Virus record (IMG/VR): IMGVR_UViG_3300036982_000927 | Location: 1 to 64,000 of that record | Reading direction: 5' to 3' (one strand) | Length of the DNA stretch: 64,000 nucleotides | Source: a virus | Taxonomy: Duplodnaviria; Caudoviricetes | Shown: piece by piece, positions 15,979 through 27,700 of the stretch | How positions within the stretch are numbered: the stretch's first letter is position 1 | How the letters are laid out: each line of letters begins with the position of its first letter | Notes under the pieces: model-generated | Seen by the model: only the letters and a program-made list of their open reading frames with translations | Told to the model about the DNA's origin: nothing | The model's database searches: none | Position numbers and translations under genes: made by a program

Positions 15979-16776
15979 ATGAACACGAAATTCAAATTGG
16001 CGGATTGGGAAGACAACGGCATCAACGATAGTTACTTTTACGGCGTGTATTTTGATACCGCCGACGGGAAGTTGCACAAGGTCAGCCTGGGTGCGACCGC
16101 CTACGGGGGCGGTATCGGCTTTGACTCGGACTTTGTTGAACCCACGCCCGAAGTGCTCGAATTGGCCCGCCTGGAACTAGCCAAGAGCATCTTCGCCACT
16201 CTGCGCAAGGCTGAGGACTTCGACGTGCTGACGCCGGAGCCGCGCAACGTGAAAAAGGGCCGCACGTTCCGGTTGTTGGCCCCTCACACGTTTTACGTGA
16301 AGGAAGACGGCCCGTGCCCAAAGTGCGAGGGCACCGGCAAATGGACCAACCCCTATAGCGCCACCGACAAACGCCCGTGCTTTGCTTGTAAAGGCACTGG
16401 CGAGGTCGTCGGCAAGGGCGCTTTCAAGAAGGACGAGAACGGCAAGCGGGTCAAGGTTACCCTGCCGTCGGGAACCGTGCTCACGGCGCTTTTTGACCGA
16501 GTGAACTTCTTCGGAACGGAATACGCCCGGGGTTACAATCACCCAAGCCGATTTAACACCTCCGTCACGTTCAAACACGGTGACGCCCTGATTCGCGTGC
16601 CTCTCGAAAAGCTTCGCCAGGATTGCGAGCCTGCGAGCGATGAATACCTGCGCGACCGGGCCGATGAACTGAGTTACGGGCACCAATACGGCGCGCTGTT
16701 CGGCTGCAAGGCGTGGCTCAGCAACAACTGGGCGGCGAACCTCGCCAAGGCCATTGGAAAGGATTCCCGCCCATGA
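15979..16776 (+). CDS. Hypothetical protein with DnaJ-type zinc finger
   Basis: CPKCEGTG and CFACKGTG (two CxxCxGxG repeats). Confidence 0.75.
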   Translation: MNTKFKLADWEDNGINDSYFYGVYFDTADGKLHKVSLGATAYGGGIGFDSDFVEPTPEVLELARLELAKSIFATLRKAEDFDVLTPEPRNVKKGRTFRLLAPHTFYVKEDGPCPKCEGTGKWTNPYSATDKRPCFACKGTGEVVGKGAFKKDENGKRVKVTLPSGTVLTALFDRVNFFGTEYARGYNHPSRFNTSVTFKHGDALIRVPLEKLRQDCEPASDEYLRDRADELSYGHQYGALFGCKAWLSNNWAANLAKAIGKDSRP

Positions 16777-17000
16777 AAATCCGAACACCGTCAGACCGCC
16801 AGGAGTTCAACGTCGTCTGGCAGGGCCGGCACTATCGGCTAGCCAGCCTGCGGGAGCACGTCCGGGCTAAAGATTACCCGGCGGGCTCGCACTATTTACT
16901 TCTGTTCTGGATAGCCAGTCCCGTGCCACACTGGCCCCCAAGGGCGAAGTTTTTTTGTCCCCACACCCCGGACAAACAGACGCCACTACTTGACGTTTAA
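16773..17000 (+). CDS. Hypothetical protein
   Basis: ATGA overlap with the upstream stop. Confidence 0.5.
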   Translation: MKIRTPSDRQEFNVVWQGRHYRLASLREHVRAKDYPAGSHYLLLFWIASPVPHWPPRAKFFCPHTPDKQTPLLDV

Positions 17001-17017
17001 ACAATCTGTGCGATATT
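16990..17017 (+). promoter_or_regulatory. Repeated leaderless promoter, copy 3
   Basis: TTGACGTTTAAACAATCTGTGCGATATT, ATG 6 nt downstream. Confidence 0.8.
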
Positions 17018-17023
17018 AAAGCC

Positions 17024-17266
17024 ATGAACGAAGAACTCGCTAGAAAAATTGAAGAGGGGATGAAACCGCTGGAGTGTGTGGCCTCCGTTAGGCCCGGCTA
17101 CCTCCGCGTTTGGAACTGCTATTGTGGCTCCATCATGGGCGCCTACAACAAGAAACTTGACGCGGTGTGCGCCGCCCTCGGGTGCAAGTGGACTCGCGAA
17201 CGAACCTATGGCAACGGAATGATTCAGGCGTCTGACTGGGAAGATCGGGTCACCTTTAAAGCCTAA
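17024..17266 (+). CDS. Hypothetical protein
   Basis: ATG directly after promoter copy 3. Confidence 0.7.
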   Translation: MNEELARKIEEGMKPLECVASVRPGYLRVWNCYCGSIMGAYNKKLDAVCAALGCKWTRERTYGNGMIQASDWEDRVTFKA

Positions 17267-17271
17267 AGCTT

Positions 17272-17508
17272 ATGAAAGTAATCGTGAAATTCAAAAAGGG
17301 TTGGTGGCGGCTGGCTGACGTTCATGGCGATGGCTGGCTTCGGCTGGCTTCCAAGACCTTCGGCCCCATCCGTGGATCGGATGCCTGGGTGTCCTGTGGC
17401 TCCGCCGCAATGGCGGCCCGGCAGAACGGCTTCATTGTGGCCAACCAAGAGCAGGTCCGGGCAATCTGCGAATCGGGAATGACGGCGGAAGAGAAAGGAC
17501 AGATATGA
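17272..17508 (+). CDS. Hypothetical protein
   Basis: 78 aa, in operon. Confidence 0.6.
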   Translation: MKVIVKFKKGWWRLADVHGDGWLRLASKTFGPIRGSDAWVSCGSAAMAARQNGFIVANQEQVRAICESGMTAEEKGQI

Positions 17509-17786
17509 CTGGTATGCAAATTACACCTTGGCAGCCAAACCCGTTCCACAAACCCACGGAAAAGCCAAAACAGACGTTGTCGCCGTGCATGGAAGCGACT
17601 CGAAAAGACTTGGCGTCCCTCGGAAAAATTTTGATTTTCACCCCGATAATCCTTCTAGGACTTTCGGCATGTCTCGGGGTGGGGGTAGCCGTAGTGGGAT
17701 TGGCAGCCTCCTTTTTTGCTCACCCGATCTCTTGGATCGAGTTGCTCCTTGCTATTCTCGTTCTAAAATCCTTCGGTAAACGCTAA
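17505..17786 (+). CDS. Small membrane protein
   Basis: Two hydrophobic segments (ILIFTPIILLGLSACLGVGVAVVGLAASFF; WIELLLAILVL); last + strand gene. Confidence 0.65.
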   Translation: MTGMQITPWQPNPFHKPTEKPKQTLSPCMEATRKDLASLGKILIFTPIILLGLSACLGVGVAVVGLAASFFAHPISWIELLLAILVLKSFGKR

Positions 17787-17792
17787 CGGACT

Positions 17793-18488
17793 TCACAAAA
17801 CTGGCTTCAGTATTTGGTTGAGCAAACGACCTGCCCCGGGCTTCGGTCCACTCGTAGGACTACCCGGCTGCATGTTTTTCATGCGCGCTTGCTGAGCCCG
17901 CATGTCTTTCTCAGCGGAGGGCGGCGGGGCGGAAACGGGACTGGCCGACTGCGGCGGGTTAGGGGTGCCCATCTTGAAGCCCCCGGGCACCTTTCGGCCT
18001 TCCTGCAAGGCGGGGTGATCCTTCGCGCCCTTGCCTGAAATCGCCGCGTTCACCTGATCGAACGGCGGCGCAATCTGCGTGAGTTGCCCGGCCTGATCGG
18101 CGGACTGAATCTCTTCCGGGCTGACGTAGAAACGGTTGAACAGGACCGCCGTGTCGCCGGCTAGCGAACGATATCGGCCCATGCCGGCGGATTCAAGGGC
18201 CGGCAAATTCTGCTGGATTATCTTGGCTTCCGGCTTCTTTTGGAACGTCTCCAAGGGGGCCGAAAGGGCCGCCGGCTGCCCGGCAAGCAGCCCCATCATG
18301 GCGGGAATCTTCAGCAGGTCATCCGATAGCGCGGGGGCCTCTCCGGCTTCGCCTGGGGCAGCCTGGGCTGACGGCAGGGCTTCCTTGAGCGCCTGGGCGT
18401 CTTCCGGCGCGGCAGCGGCTTGGGGGTTTATCGGTTGCACCGCGACGGGCGCGGCGTTCGGTTGGACTAAATCAGATGCAAGTGCCAT
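17793..18488 (-). CDS. Pro/Ala-rich hypothetical protein, probably virion-associated
   Basis: Last gene of the structural operon; start moved to ATG 18488. Confidence 0.7.
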   Translation of the reverse strand: MALASDLVQPNAAPVAVQPINPQAAAAPEDAQALKEALPSAQAAPGEAGEAPALSDDLLKIPAMMGLLAGQPAALSAPLETFQKKPEAKIIQQNLPALESAGMGRYRSLAGDTAVLFNRFYVSPEEIQSADQAGQLTQIAPPFDQVNAAISGKGAKDHPALQEGRKVPGGFKMGTPNPPQSASPVSAPPPSAEKDMRAQQARMKNMQPGSPTSGPKPGAGRLLNQILKPVL

Positions 18489-18519
18489 ACGGGAAAAGTG
18501 CCGGCTTTGCGAAGACTTG

Positions 18520-18699
18520 TCAGTCTTTTTTGGCGGCCCTCGGCTCGACCATTCCCCGGCCTTCGAGAACGGCCATGTGGTCCCGGAATTCTTGCCACCA
18601 CTTCGTCCCCCCGATCTGGGGTTCCACGGCGAGCTTGGCCTGTTTGACAATCTCGGCCTGTTCAGCCGGCGTAAACGAAAGTTCAGATTTCTGGTTCAT
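18520..18699 (-). CDS. 59 aa hypothetical protein (MNQKSELSFTPAEQAEIVKQAKL...)
   Basis: Read by hand; fills the gap between the giant gene and the next gene. Confidence 0.6.
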   Translation of the reverse strand: MNQKSELSFTPAEQAEIVKQAKLAVEPQIGGTKWWQEFRDHMAVLEGRGMVEPRAAKKD

Positions 18700-18712
18700 A
18701 TTTCGATCAAAT

Positions 18713-21700
18713 CTACTTCATCGGGCGCGGTTTGACAAGGTCCAAAAAGTCCATTTCTTCTTGAGCGGCCTTTCCGGCTTTCTTCTCGACCTTCCGGGTT
18801 TCCTTGGCGGCCTTCTGCCCGTGCTGGTATTTCTGTTCGAGTTGTGGCATCCGATCCATTTCCTTCCGGTAGTCCCCCAGGTCAAGCCGGCCCCAGCCCT
18901 CCTTCGCCCAATTCATCTTCTCGGCGAACCACGCGGCGCCTTGCAAGTCATCGGCCTTCATATCCATTTTTTTTGCGGCAGCCTCGAAAACTTTCTGCGC
19001 AAAAGCAAAATCCACGTCTCGCACGCCACCTTGGTTCTTGGGAAGAATCCGCCAATGGTCTTCAAAGCCTTCATAACCCATCCGACGCATCATTCGATCC
19101 GCCCAGAGGTCAATTGTGGCCCCGTGCGAAATGCCCAGCAGGTTTTCGACGAAATTCCGAGTCTTCGGCCCGGCGTTCTGATCAAGCCAACGACGGGTGA
19201 ACACTTGCAGCAACGCATCCGAGTGTTGCCCATACAGTTTCTCGTTCAGTTGTCTTGGCTTGAGCTTGTAGCGGGTAACCCACTCGGCCAGGAAGGTAGC
19301 GGACGACGGGTTTTGCACCCGGGCGGTTCTTGGGTCAAGCTTGCCGGCTTTGCGTTGTGTTTCTAGCCAGTCGGACCACGATCCGTCAACCACCTTCGCA
19401 AATCCTTCGTCATACTTCTTGATGATCTTGTCGAAGCGTCCGTCCTGCCAGGAGCGGAGGGCCTCATAGGCGTATTGAAAATTCTGTTGAGGGTCCGTCT
19501 GCGGCGAGGTTGCCGCGAGTAACTCCGCGAACTCCTGCGACCACTTGCCCAGGGCCTTTTTCAGCCGGGGAGCGAAACCGCTATACCACGTCGCGCCGTC
19601 TTTGAAGGCTTGCAAGTCCCGGAGGGGTTCGAGGTATTTCACCATCCGGTTGGCAAACAGTTCAACCGCCTTTTCTTCGGACCCGCCGGCCTGCTTGTAA
19701 AGCGGCGATTCGGTAATGTCGGACGTGATCACCTGCTCCTTGCGACGAACGGTCCCGTCTTCCCCGACCACACGCACCCGGCGAACTACCTTGGCTTCCG
19801 GAAAGTGCTGCTCCAATTCAGTGTTGGTCATCACCGCCAGTTTACGGGGCTCGTAAGGCTTGAAGGCGCCAACGCCTTCCATGACCTGCTGCTCAGCGAC
19901 CGCGCCGCGACCGTATTCCTTTTTGATTTCGTCAACGTCAACCGGCCTGCCCTCCGAAAGTAGGTCCAGGGTTTCCAGGGCCTCTTGCAACGCATCAATC
20001 CGAGTTTTGCCCGAGCCGCCGGTTTTCACTTCGCCATTTCCATTGGGGTCTTTGAGGGCTTTCTCCCAATCCCAAATCGAAATCTGGTCGTTGTCCTTGG
20101 CAAACGCCATCGTGTTTTTCCGGTAGTCCTTGGGAACGACCGCGTTCACGTCCACACTCACCATGTCTTTGCCGGTCTTGTCATCCTTGAAGGCAAAAAG
20201 TCCGGCGGCGACGTTGGGTTCGTTGAGCAACTCTCCCATCGCCCCCAGGGCCGAGCGAACCGCATCAATCGAAACGTCCTTCCGGGGAAGGTTCACGCTC
20301 ACTAGCGAAACCAAATCCACCTTCGGATTCTCGGGAGCGAAAAGGGTTCCGTCGGTGTTGAAAGTCTGTCCACCGGATTTGCCGGCGCGAATCTTGGCCA
20401 CTTCTTCATCGAAAACCGGATCGGAAAAAGGTTCATCTTTCTTGGACACTTGCGCCTGCATGCCCTCGGTGATGAACGGAAGATGCTGTAGTTTTTCGCC
20501 TGCCGTGTAGTCCAGCATCCGGACCCGGTCACTCTTGACTTCCTTAGTCGCGCTGTCGTTTAACAAACTGATTTCGATAAAGTCAATAGCATCCGCGTTT
20601 GCGTCCACAAAATCGGTGACGGAGTTCTTGAGGGTCTTCTTCCAATCCCGGTCCCGCGCTTCGACGGTGAGCACACCGCCGTTCTGCGAGTAATTGATCC
20701 GGGCGAATCCCTTCTTCAACGCGCCCTCGCGCACACCTGCCTCTTCGCTGCCGGCAAACTCCGGAACCCGAAGCCCATATTTCTCCGCCACGTCTTTGTT
20801 CTCAGACAGCCACTGATGGTGCCAGGCGCCGCCCAGTTGAACAGGGGTTCCGTTGGGAAGTATCCAAGCTTTCTTGAGCCCGGAGCGGTCAAACTTTTTG
20901 TCCATCACGAACGGATTGCCGACTACCGGGGCGCGTTTGGCCTTCGCCTTCCGAAACGCCTCGTCTTCCCGCCGTTTCCACTGCGCTTCGAGTTGCGCCA
21001 TCGTCTTGCCCGGCGGCTGGAACTGTTCTCCCTCGCCCCGAGTTTCTTCGGCCTTCTGAACTTGCGCCTGCACGCCTTCGCCTTCGCCCTCGCCCTCGCT
21101 AAGCAAAGGTTCTCCAAAAGCGGGTCTATTAGTCTTCCCGTTGTAAGGTTCTTTTCTTCCCGCGAAAGCTAACTCTTTAATTGTGGCTTTCTGGGCTTTG
21201 GTATAATCGGACGTAGCCCCGGGTGACACATAGAAGACCTTTGACAGAAGATCATCATTCGCACCCCTAGCAAAAGTGTTATCAACTGTGTGGGCTCCAA
21301 TTCCATATTCGGACGCGGCTATCCTAACAAGCTCTTCGTGCATCATCCATCGCGGTCCCTTAATCAATTTTCCGTCGGGGGCCACAAGAAAACTCACCGG
21401 AATTGGGTGCGCTCGCTGTTGATCCCATCGAGATTCCATCGCGGCCATTTTTTGTTTCTCGCTTAGCTTTTTCCAATCTTCATAAGAGTATTCTTCATCC
21501 GTTTTCGGAAATTTTTTTCGAGGCTGCCCTTGCACGCCCTCGCCCTGAGCGCCTTCAAGCGGGCCTCTGTAGTTCGGATCGTAGTGCTTCCGAATGAACT
21601 CTGCTGACCCACCGCCTTCCGCCGCTTCAATAGCTTCTCGGAAAAACTGGCCCTTAGCCGCCATCGGCATCGCGTCCTCAAGATTGCCGGCCTTGACCGC

Positions 21701-24700
21701 CGCCGAAAATTTGTCAGACCACTCTTGCCGGTATTGCTTCAACTCGGCCAGCCCTTCGGGCGTGGTCGTGGCCGCGCCAAGGTCATAGGCCGCGCCGGTG
21801 AGTCCACCGACATACTTGCCTTGGTATGTATCCATTTCGGCGCGCCACTCATCCGGCTTACCGGCCAGGTCGTTGTAGTCTTTTGCGGTCTGGAATTGTG
21901 CTTCGGGAAGAATCTCATTTTCAACCCCAACGAAGCCCGCCGAACGTTCGGCTCGCATTTTCCGAAGGTAACCTTTGGCCTCTTCCGCCGTGGTTGGTCC
22001 CGTTGCTGAACTTTCCAAATACGTCTTGCCTTTGCCGAACACCGTTTCGCGAATCGAAATAGGGTGCTCCGAAACTACGGTTCCGGTCAGTTTGGTAACG
22101 CCGTCTCCTTGCAACTGCGTTGCCATTTCCCGATAAAGGGCTTCGCCAAATCCTTGGTTTCGGTAGTTCGCGTTGACTAAAACCTCCGCAACATGCGCGA
22201 TTTCTGGGTTTAACCTGCCTTGACTGGTAGAGATTAACCCAACTTGATTTCCATCGGTGTCTTGAACTTTGATGCGGCGATTTCCGGGGCCGCCTTCCCC
22301 AACAAACCGGAAACCTTTTTGTTCCATCGCCTGACCCCTTTTGGTTTTGGCTCCCGCAGCGGCGCCCTCAATTGCTTCAGGACGTGCTTCATCAGGTTTG
22401 GCAATCCGTGGCCAGAGTTCCGTCATGTCGTCAATTGGCATCGCCGCGTCGGCTTCCCGGCCCACTTGAAACTGCAACGTTTCCGGCCTCTGATCCAGCA
22501 TCTTGCTGGCGAGCCCATACACGTCGCCCGCGAAGACGCGGTGGACCTCCGGGTTGGTGTGGAAGGATTTCTCCAGCACGTTCTCGTCGAAGTCTCCTTC
22601 ATTGGCCGTTGTGATCTTCTTCCCCAACTCGGCATCTTTGTAGAGGGCCAGGTTGTAGATGTTCGCGTGACTGATTATGTCCTTGTTGCGCTTCAGAAAA
22701 TCGAGAGTGCGCCCATAGGTTGCCGCCGTCTCGCCGGGCAGTCCAATGATCACGTTTGGAATTAATGTAATGCCCGCCTCGCGCAGCCGTTCGACCGCCC
22801 GGTCCATGAGGGACGTTGTCGCTGGCTTGTGCATCGCGTGAAGAATCGGATCGTTGTAAGATTCAATCCCAAGTTCCACAAACTGAATGCCGGACTTCTT
22901 CAACCACTCCGGCGAGAAGCGCAACATTTGGCTGGCCGTCGTCTGAACAATGAACCCCTTGAAGTCTGGGTTAATCGCGGTGATGCGGTCCTTGATCTCA
23001 GCGAGTGACTCATAGTTGCTCGCCTGGCCGAATGTCTTATCGTTTAGGTAAACCAACTTCGCGCCGAGCCTGCCGATTTCGTCGGCCTGCTGTTCGACTA
23101 CCTTAGCGGGGGTCACGTCCAGCGTCTTAGGAACCGTGCAGAAAGCGCATTTGTGTTTGCAGCCCTGGCTCATGGTGAGCCGGGGGATCACGTCGGAGCC
23201 TTGGAAGTGCCGGTAGTCCACGCCGGCCTCGTGAGCAACTCCGGCGCTCTTGGCCCAGTCTTCCATCGTGCCGTGCCAGGTCGCGTTTTTCAGGTCGTCG
23301 AAGGTTCCCTTTTCCACGTAGCCGCCAAGGTCGAACCTCTGCTCCGGATTGGCCGCGACCAAGTCGCGAATCAAACCCTTGTTCACGTCGAGAGCGGAAA
23401 AAGCCACGCGGTCATATCCGGCGTCCTTGATGAACTGCTTGGCGCTGGCCATATCCCGGACCACATACAGGTCCGCATTCTTCATAAAGCGCGAAGCGAA
23501 TCCGACCCATTGCGGAATTTCCCAGAAGTCGGCCAGCCTCGCGTAACCCGTGCGGGCGCCCGAGTAGAGCTTGTCGTAGTAGGTTGCGTCGCCGCCCTTC
23601 GGCACGTTCGCGTTGATCAAGTCGGAGGAAAGTTGCACCAGCAATGTGCGGCCCTTGTTATCCGGCTGCGCGTCGTTCGCCGCGTCCGCCGAGCGGCGGA
23701 CCCAACGATTTTCGTCTGGGCTTGCCCGCACCGCACGGTTATACGTCGGATGAGGAGCAGTGATGGCACCGCCCTGAATCTTGGTCCGATCCAACTCGGG
23801 CCGTTCGGCTTCCCGCGCCACCTGGGCCTGCCCACCAGTTTCCCGCAAACTACTACGGGCTTGCGCTCCTTCGGTCACTCCCGCCTCCTCTTCGAGAACG
23901 ACGGGAATGCTTTCTTTTCCGGCGATTCTATACGCAGAAAGGCGATGCAGCCCATCTTTTACTTTACCATCTTTAGAAATCGTAACGGGAGGCAACTCCT
24001 TCCCCCCTTGTATCGTCTTGACCATCGCATTAACCCGCGCTTCGTCTAGCGGAACCTTCCCCGCTTCAAATAGATCAATAATGGATTGTGGGTTGGCCGT
24101 ATTGACAGGCACTAATTCCTTTTCCGTTTGGATTTCCGATAACAGTTTGTATTTCTTTTTTGGTGCCTGGAACTGTCCCCGTAGTGACTGCATGAACGGA
24201 GCGCCCCCTTCGAGTAGCTCGCCTTCCGGAACCGCCGACACCCTGGCGACGCGCATCCCGGCATCCTCGGCCCGCCTCCATGCGCCGGCCATGTCTTCGG
24301 CGACAATCTCCCGGCGTTCCGTCAGTCCGCCCTTCGTCCCTTCGACGTTCCATTTGCGCGGTTGTCCTTGAATTTTGAACTCCCCCACGTGCTCGGTTCG
24401 CCCAACATCTCCCTCCGCCGCCGCCGCCGCGAGTTGCGCGTCCAACGTTTTGGATTCTCGCCTTTGAACCAAGGTTTGTTTTCCTTCCTCGATCACCTTC
24501 TGAACAACTTCTTTCTGGCCACGAACCCGACTAAGGTAGGCGTCAGCGACAATTCGCGCATCCCGGATGGTATCCGGGTTGTTGCGCTTGATGTATTCCC
24601 CGACGGCAATGGCCGTGTCATTCCAAATGTCCATCGCACGCTGATTCTTGTTGACGTAGGCTTCGTTGTAGAGCCACTCGCCGGCTTCATCCGGAGTCTT

Positions 24701-27700
24701 ACCTTCAAACTCTTTGAACCGACTCCTCCAGAGACCCGTCTTTGATTCCGCGAGCATTTCTTGGCTGAGCCGCTCTTCGGCATTGATGGTTCTTGTGGCA
24801 ACCTCTCTTTCGGCCTGGCCGAGGCCCTTGTAAAATTTTTCGAGTTCTCGCTCTTTGGTTCCAAGTCCGGTAGTCGTCCATTCCATGTTCTTGACAACCT
24901 CCTCCATGCGCTTCGTCATGCCCGCCGCGTCAGCTTCCGGGCCAACGACTCCCTTTTCATACATCACCCGGCGCTGATTGCGCATTTCGAGGAGACGAGC
25001 GGCACGATAGTATGGAACTAGCTCCGCGTCCTTCCGATACTTTTCGATAACCTGCGCTTCAGAATTATCGCCGTAATACTCCCGCATCTTCTTGTCGAAG
25101 GAGGGCTCTTTACGGAGTTGCTCGATGCGCTGGCGTCCATACTCCGCGCCCTCTTCGCCCTGAGCCCGGCTTAGCTCAACAAGGTTCTTATTAGGGGTGT
25201 CTGAATCAAGAATTCCGGCGGTCTCAACGTAGTCAGACCAAACTCCCTCCATGTATCTATTGAGCTTTTCAGTCGTGTCAAACCGTAAAGGGGGACTGAT
25301 GAAGTCCGGAATGGTAAACCTTCCGCTGTCATGCTCCGCCTTGATGATTGAAATAAGTTCGATCCATGAAGACATATCCGTCCCCGTGAGGGCGATGTCA
25401 CCGAGTTGCAAATACCCCTGCTTCTCTAAGCGATCGGGTCCAGTCACCTGTTCGCTTTTGGTCCGGAGAGCTTCGCTGACCCTGGGTCCGCCCTTTCTGG
25501 CCAACCAAAGACGGAACCTCTCCCAGAGATTAAGCATCATCGGCTTTTCATAGGCCGGTTGGAATTGAAACTTGCCCGTGTCCCTCGGCTGAAAACCGGC
25601 CTGAAGTGTCAACGTGTTTGCCCCAAAGCGTTCAAGTTCGGGGGCCACGGTCGCGTCGAGAATTTCGCGCGCATTGAGCCGCTGCTGAACTTCGATCAAC
25701 TTTGGCGCCGGAACTCCGGCGGAGGCGGCAATGGCGTCAACCTTCGCGCGGAAGGGGTTGACTTCCTGCACCGGCAGGCCGGCGACGCCCTGGCGCTCGG
25801 CGACTTTTCCCTCAAACGTGCGGGGAACTACCAAGGGGGTTACCCGACCTTCGTCTGGCGCCGTAGCTTCCGCCACTTGCTGGCCGGCGATGTTTAAGGG
25901 AAGCTGGCCTTGCCCCTGGCGCGCCTGGACAGTAGGCTTGCCTTCTACGCCTGGCAAACGGTTCGCGAAAAGGTAATTGACCACGTCCGCGCGTTCCTGC
26001 GGGAGCCCCGCAAGGCCACCTTTGCGTTCTGGCTGGGTGAAGCCAGCGGCTTTCGTTTCCGCCGGCACGACGATCTCGCGCCCACTGCCAGTTCCACCGG
26101 CAAGTTGGTTCTGCACGAACGTCCGAACATCGTTGGCAATATCAAAGTCGGCGGGAACGAGTTTGGCCGTCGCTCCCGGCATGGCCGCTTCAACCTTTGC
26201 AATCCAGTCCATCATTCGCGTGTGATTCGCGTTGAAGTTGTTCGGGCTCCAGCCGACATACTGCGGGCCGCTAGCCTCCGTGGTCACAACCTTGATGGGA
26301 AAAAAGTCTTTGGTCATGGCCTGCCGATCCGTCGGCAAGGCGCCGCGCGCGACCTCGATCTCGGCCCGGCGTTCTGGCCGCATGATGGACGGATCGCCGC
26401 CGGGCAGTCCCTTGGCCGACAAGTAATCCAGTCGGACGCCCTGGCCACTTTCAATCGCCCCATTGAGAGCGCGCATGGCCGCCGCGCGCTGCGAATCGGC
26501 GACTTCCGGGTGCCTGTCCGCCCAATCCTCAGCCTGCTGGGCAGGGGTAGCGGCTGGCGCTCTGGCACTGATCACCGGCTTCTCCCCGGCAGCCCGGGGA
26601 ACTACAACGGCGCCCGCTTCGCGGCCTTGCTCGACTGTGCGTTTAAACGTCTCAAAACTCAGCGGGGCACCCTGATACTCGGACACGCGGCCAAGCAGGG
26701 GCTCAGCGCCAATCGTCTGCATCATATTGGCGACTGCCCACGCAAGCTTGCCTACCAGGTCCGTGCGTTTGAGCGACGGCCCTAGGTTTTTCAAGGCGGT
26801 GTCAAAATTCTCGGCGGCCCTCTCGCGCGCCATGTATCGGTCCCCGGCTTCGTTCGCGATGCGCTCAGCTTCCGCCGGTTCGGCGACGATCTCCCGCCAA
26901 TTGCCTCCGCGCGTCCGCATCTCTTCACGGGTAGCCCCGATTTCGGCTTTTACCTCGGGGGCAATCGTTCCGTCCGCCTCCGTGTTCTCTTTGACCATCC
27001 GGTCAAAAGCATCCATTTCTCCCCAGCCAGAACTTTCAGCGAGAGTCGTCCTCCAATTGCTCACCAACGCGCGAAAAGTTTCCGGTGACAACGCCCCCGC
27101 CTCTACGGCTGGATGCAAATACTGGGCCGTGTAACGCTGACCAAGTTGTTCCCAATTATCCGCATAGGCCGCCTTGACCTGCTCGTCAACCGCGCGCATG
27201 GCGGGCTCACCCATCACCGCTTCGATCGCGTGCCGCATTTCGTGCGGTGCGGCGCCGATCTCAGTTGCGATGACTACAGGCCGCTCCACCCCCGCCGCGT
27301 CCTTGAAGTTGCCCTTGAAAAAGCCCGCTTGCTGAGCCGCTGTCGGATCGTTGAATCCGAGTTTTGCGAGTTCCGCCCCGAGTTGCTCCCGAGGGACAAA
27401 GAAAAACTCGGTTCCAATCTTGCTCGCCATCGCGCGAAGACCGTTTAGCCGGACCTGTTCCGCCGGAGCGAGTGCGGGGGCCGCCGCTTGCATCGCAGCT
27501 TCCAGCCCCTTGAATTTTCCGGTCAACGGAGGCGGCGGGACTTGCTCCCAGGCGCGGTTGTGGACGATCTGCCCACTGGTGATTGCCCGCGCGGTGTTGA
27601 AGGCCCCGTGGCCAAGCCCGAAAATTAAACCAAAGGCGCCGGCTTGTTGCGTTTCCGCCGGAGTTGTGGACGTGCCAGCGGCCAGGCCGATGTCGAAAGC

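Noticed and set aside
15718-17023. Repeated 28-34 nt sequence as a CRISPR array or att sites
   Set aside because: Only three copies, spaced 227 and 1045 nt apart and separated by genes; they fit promoter architecture; no cas operon
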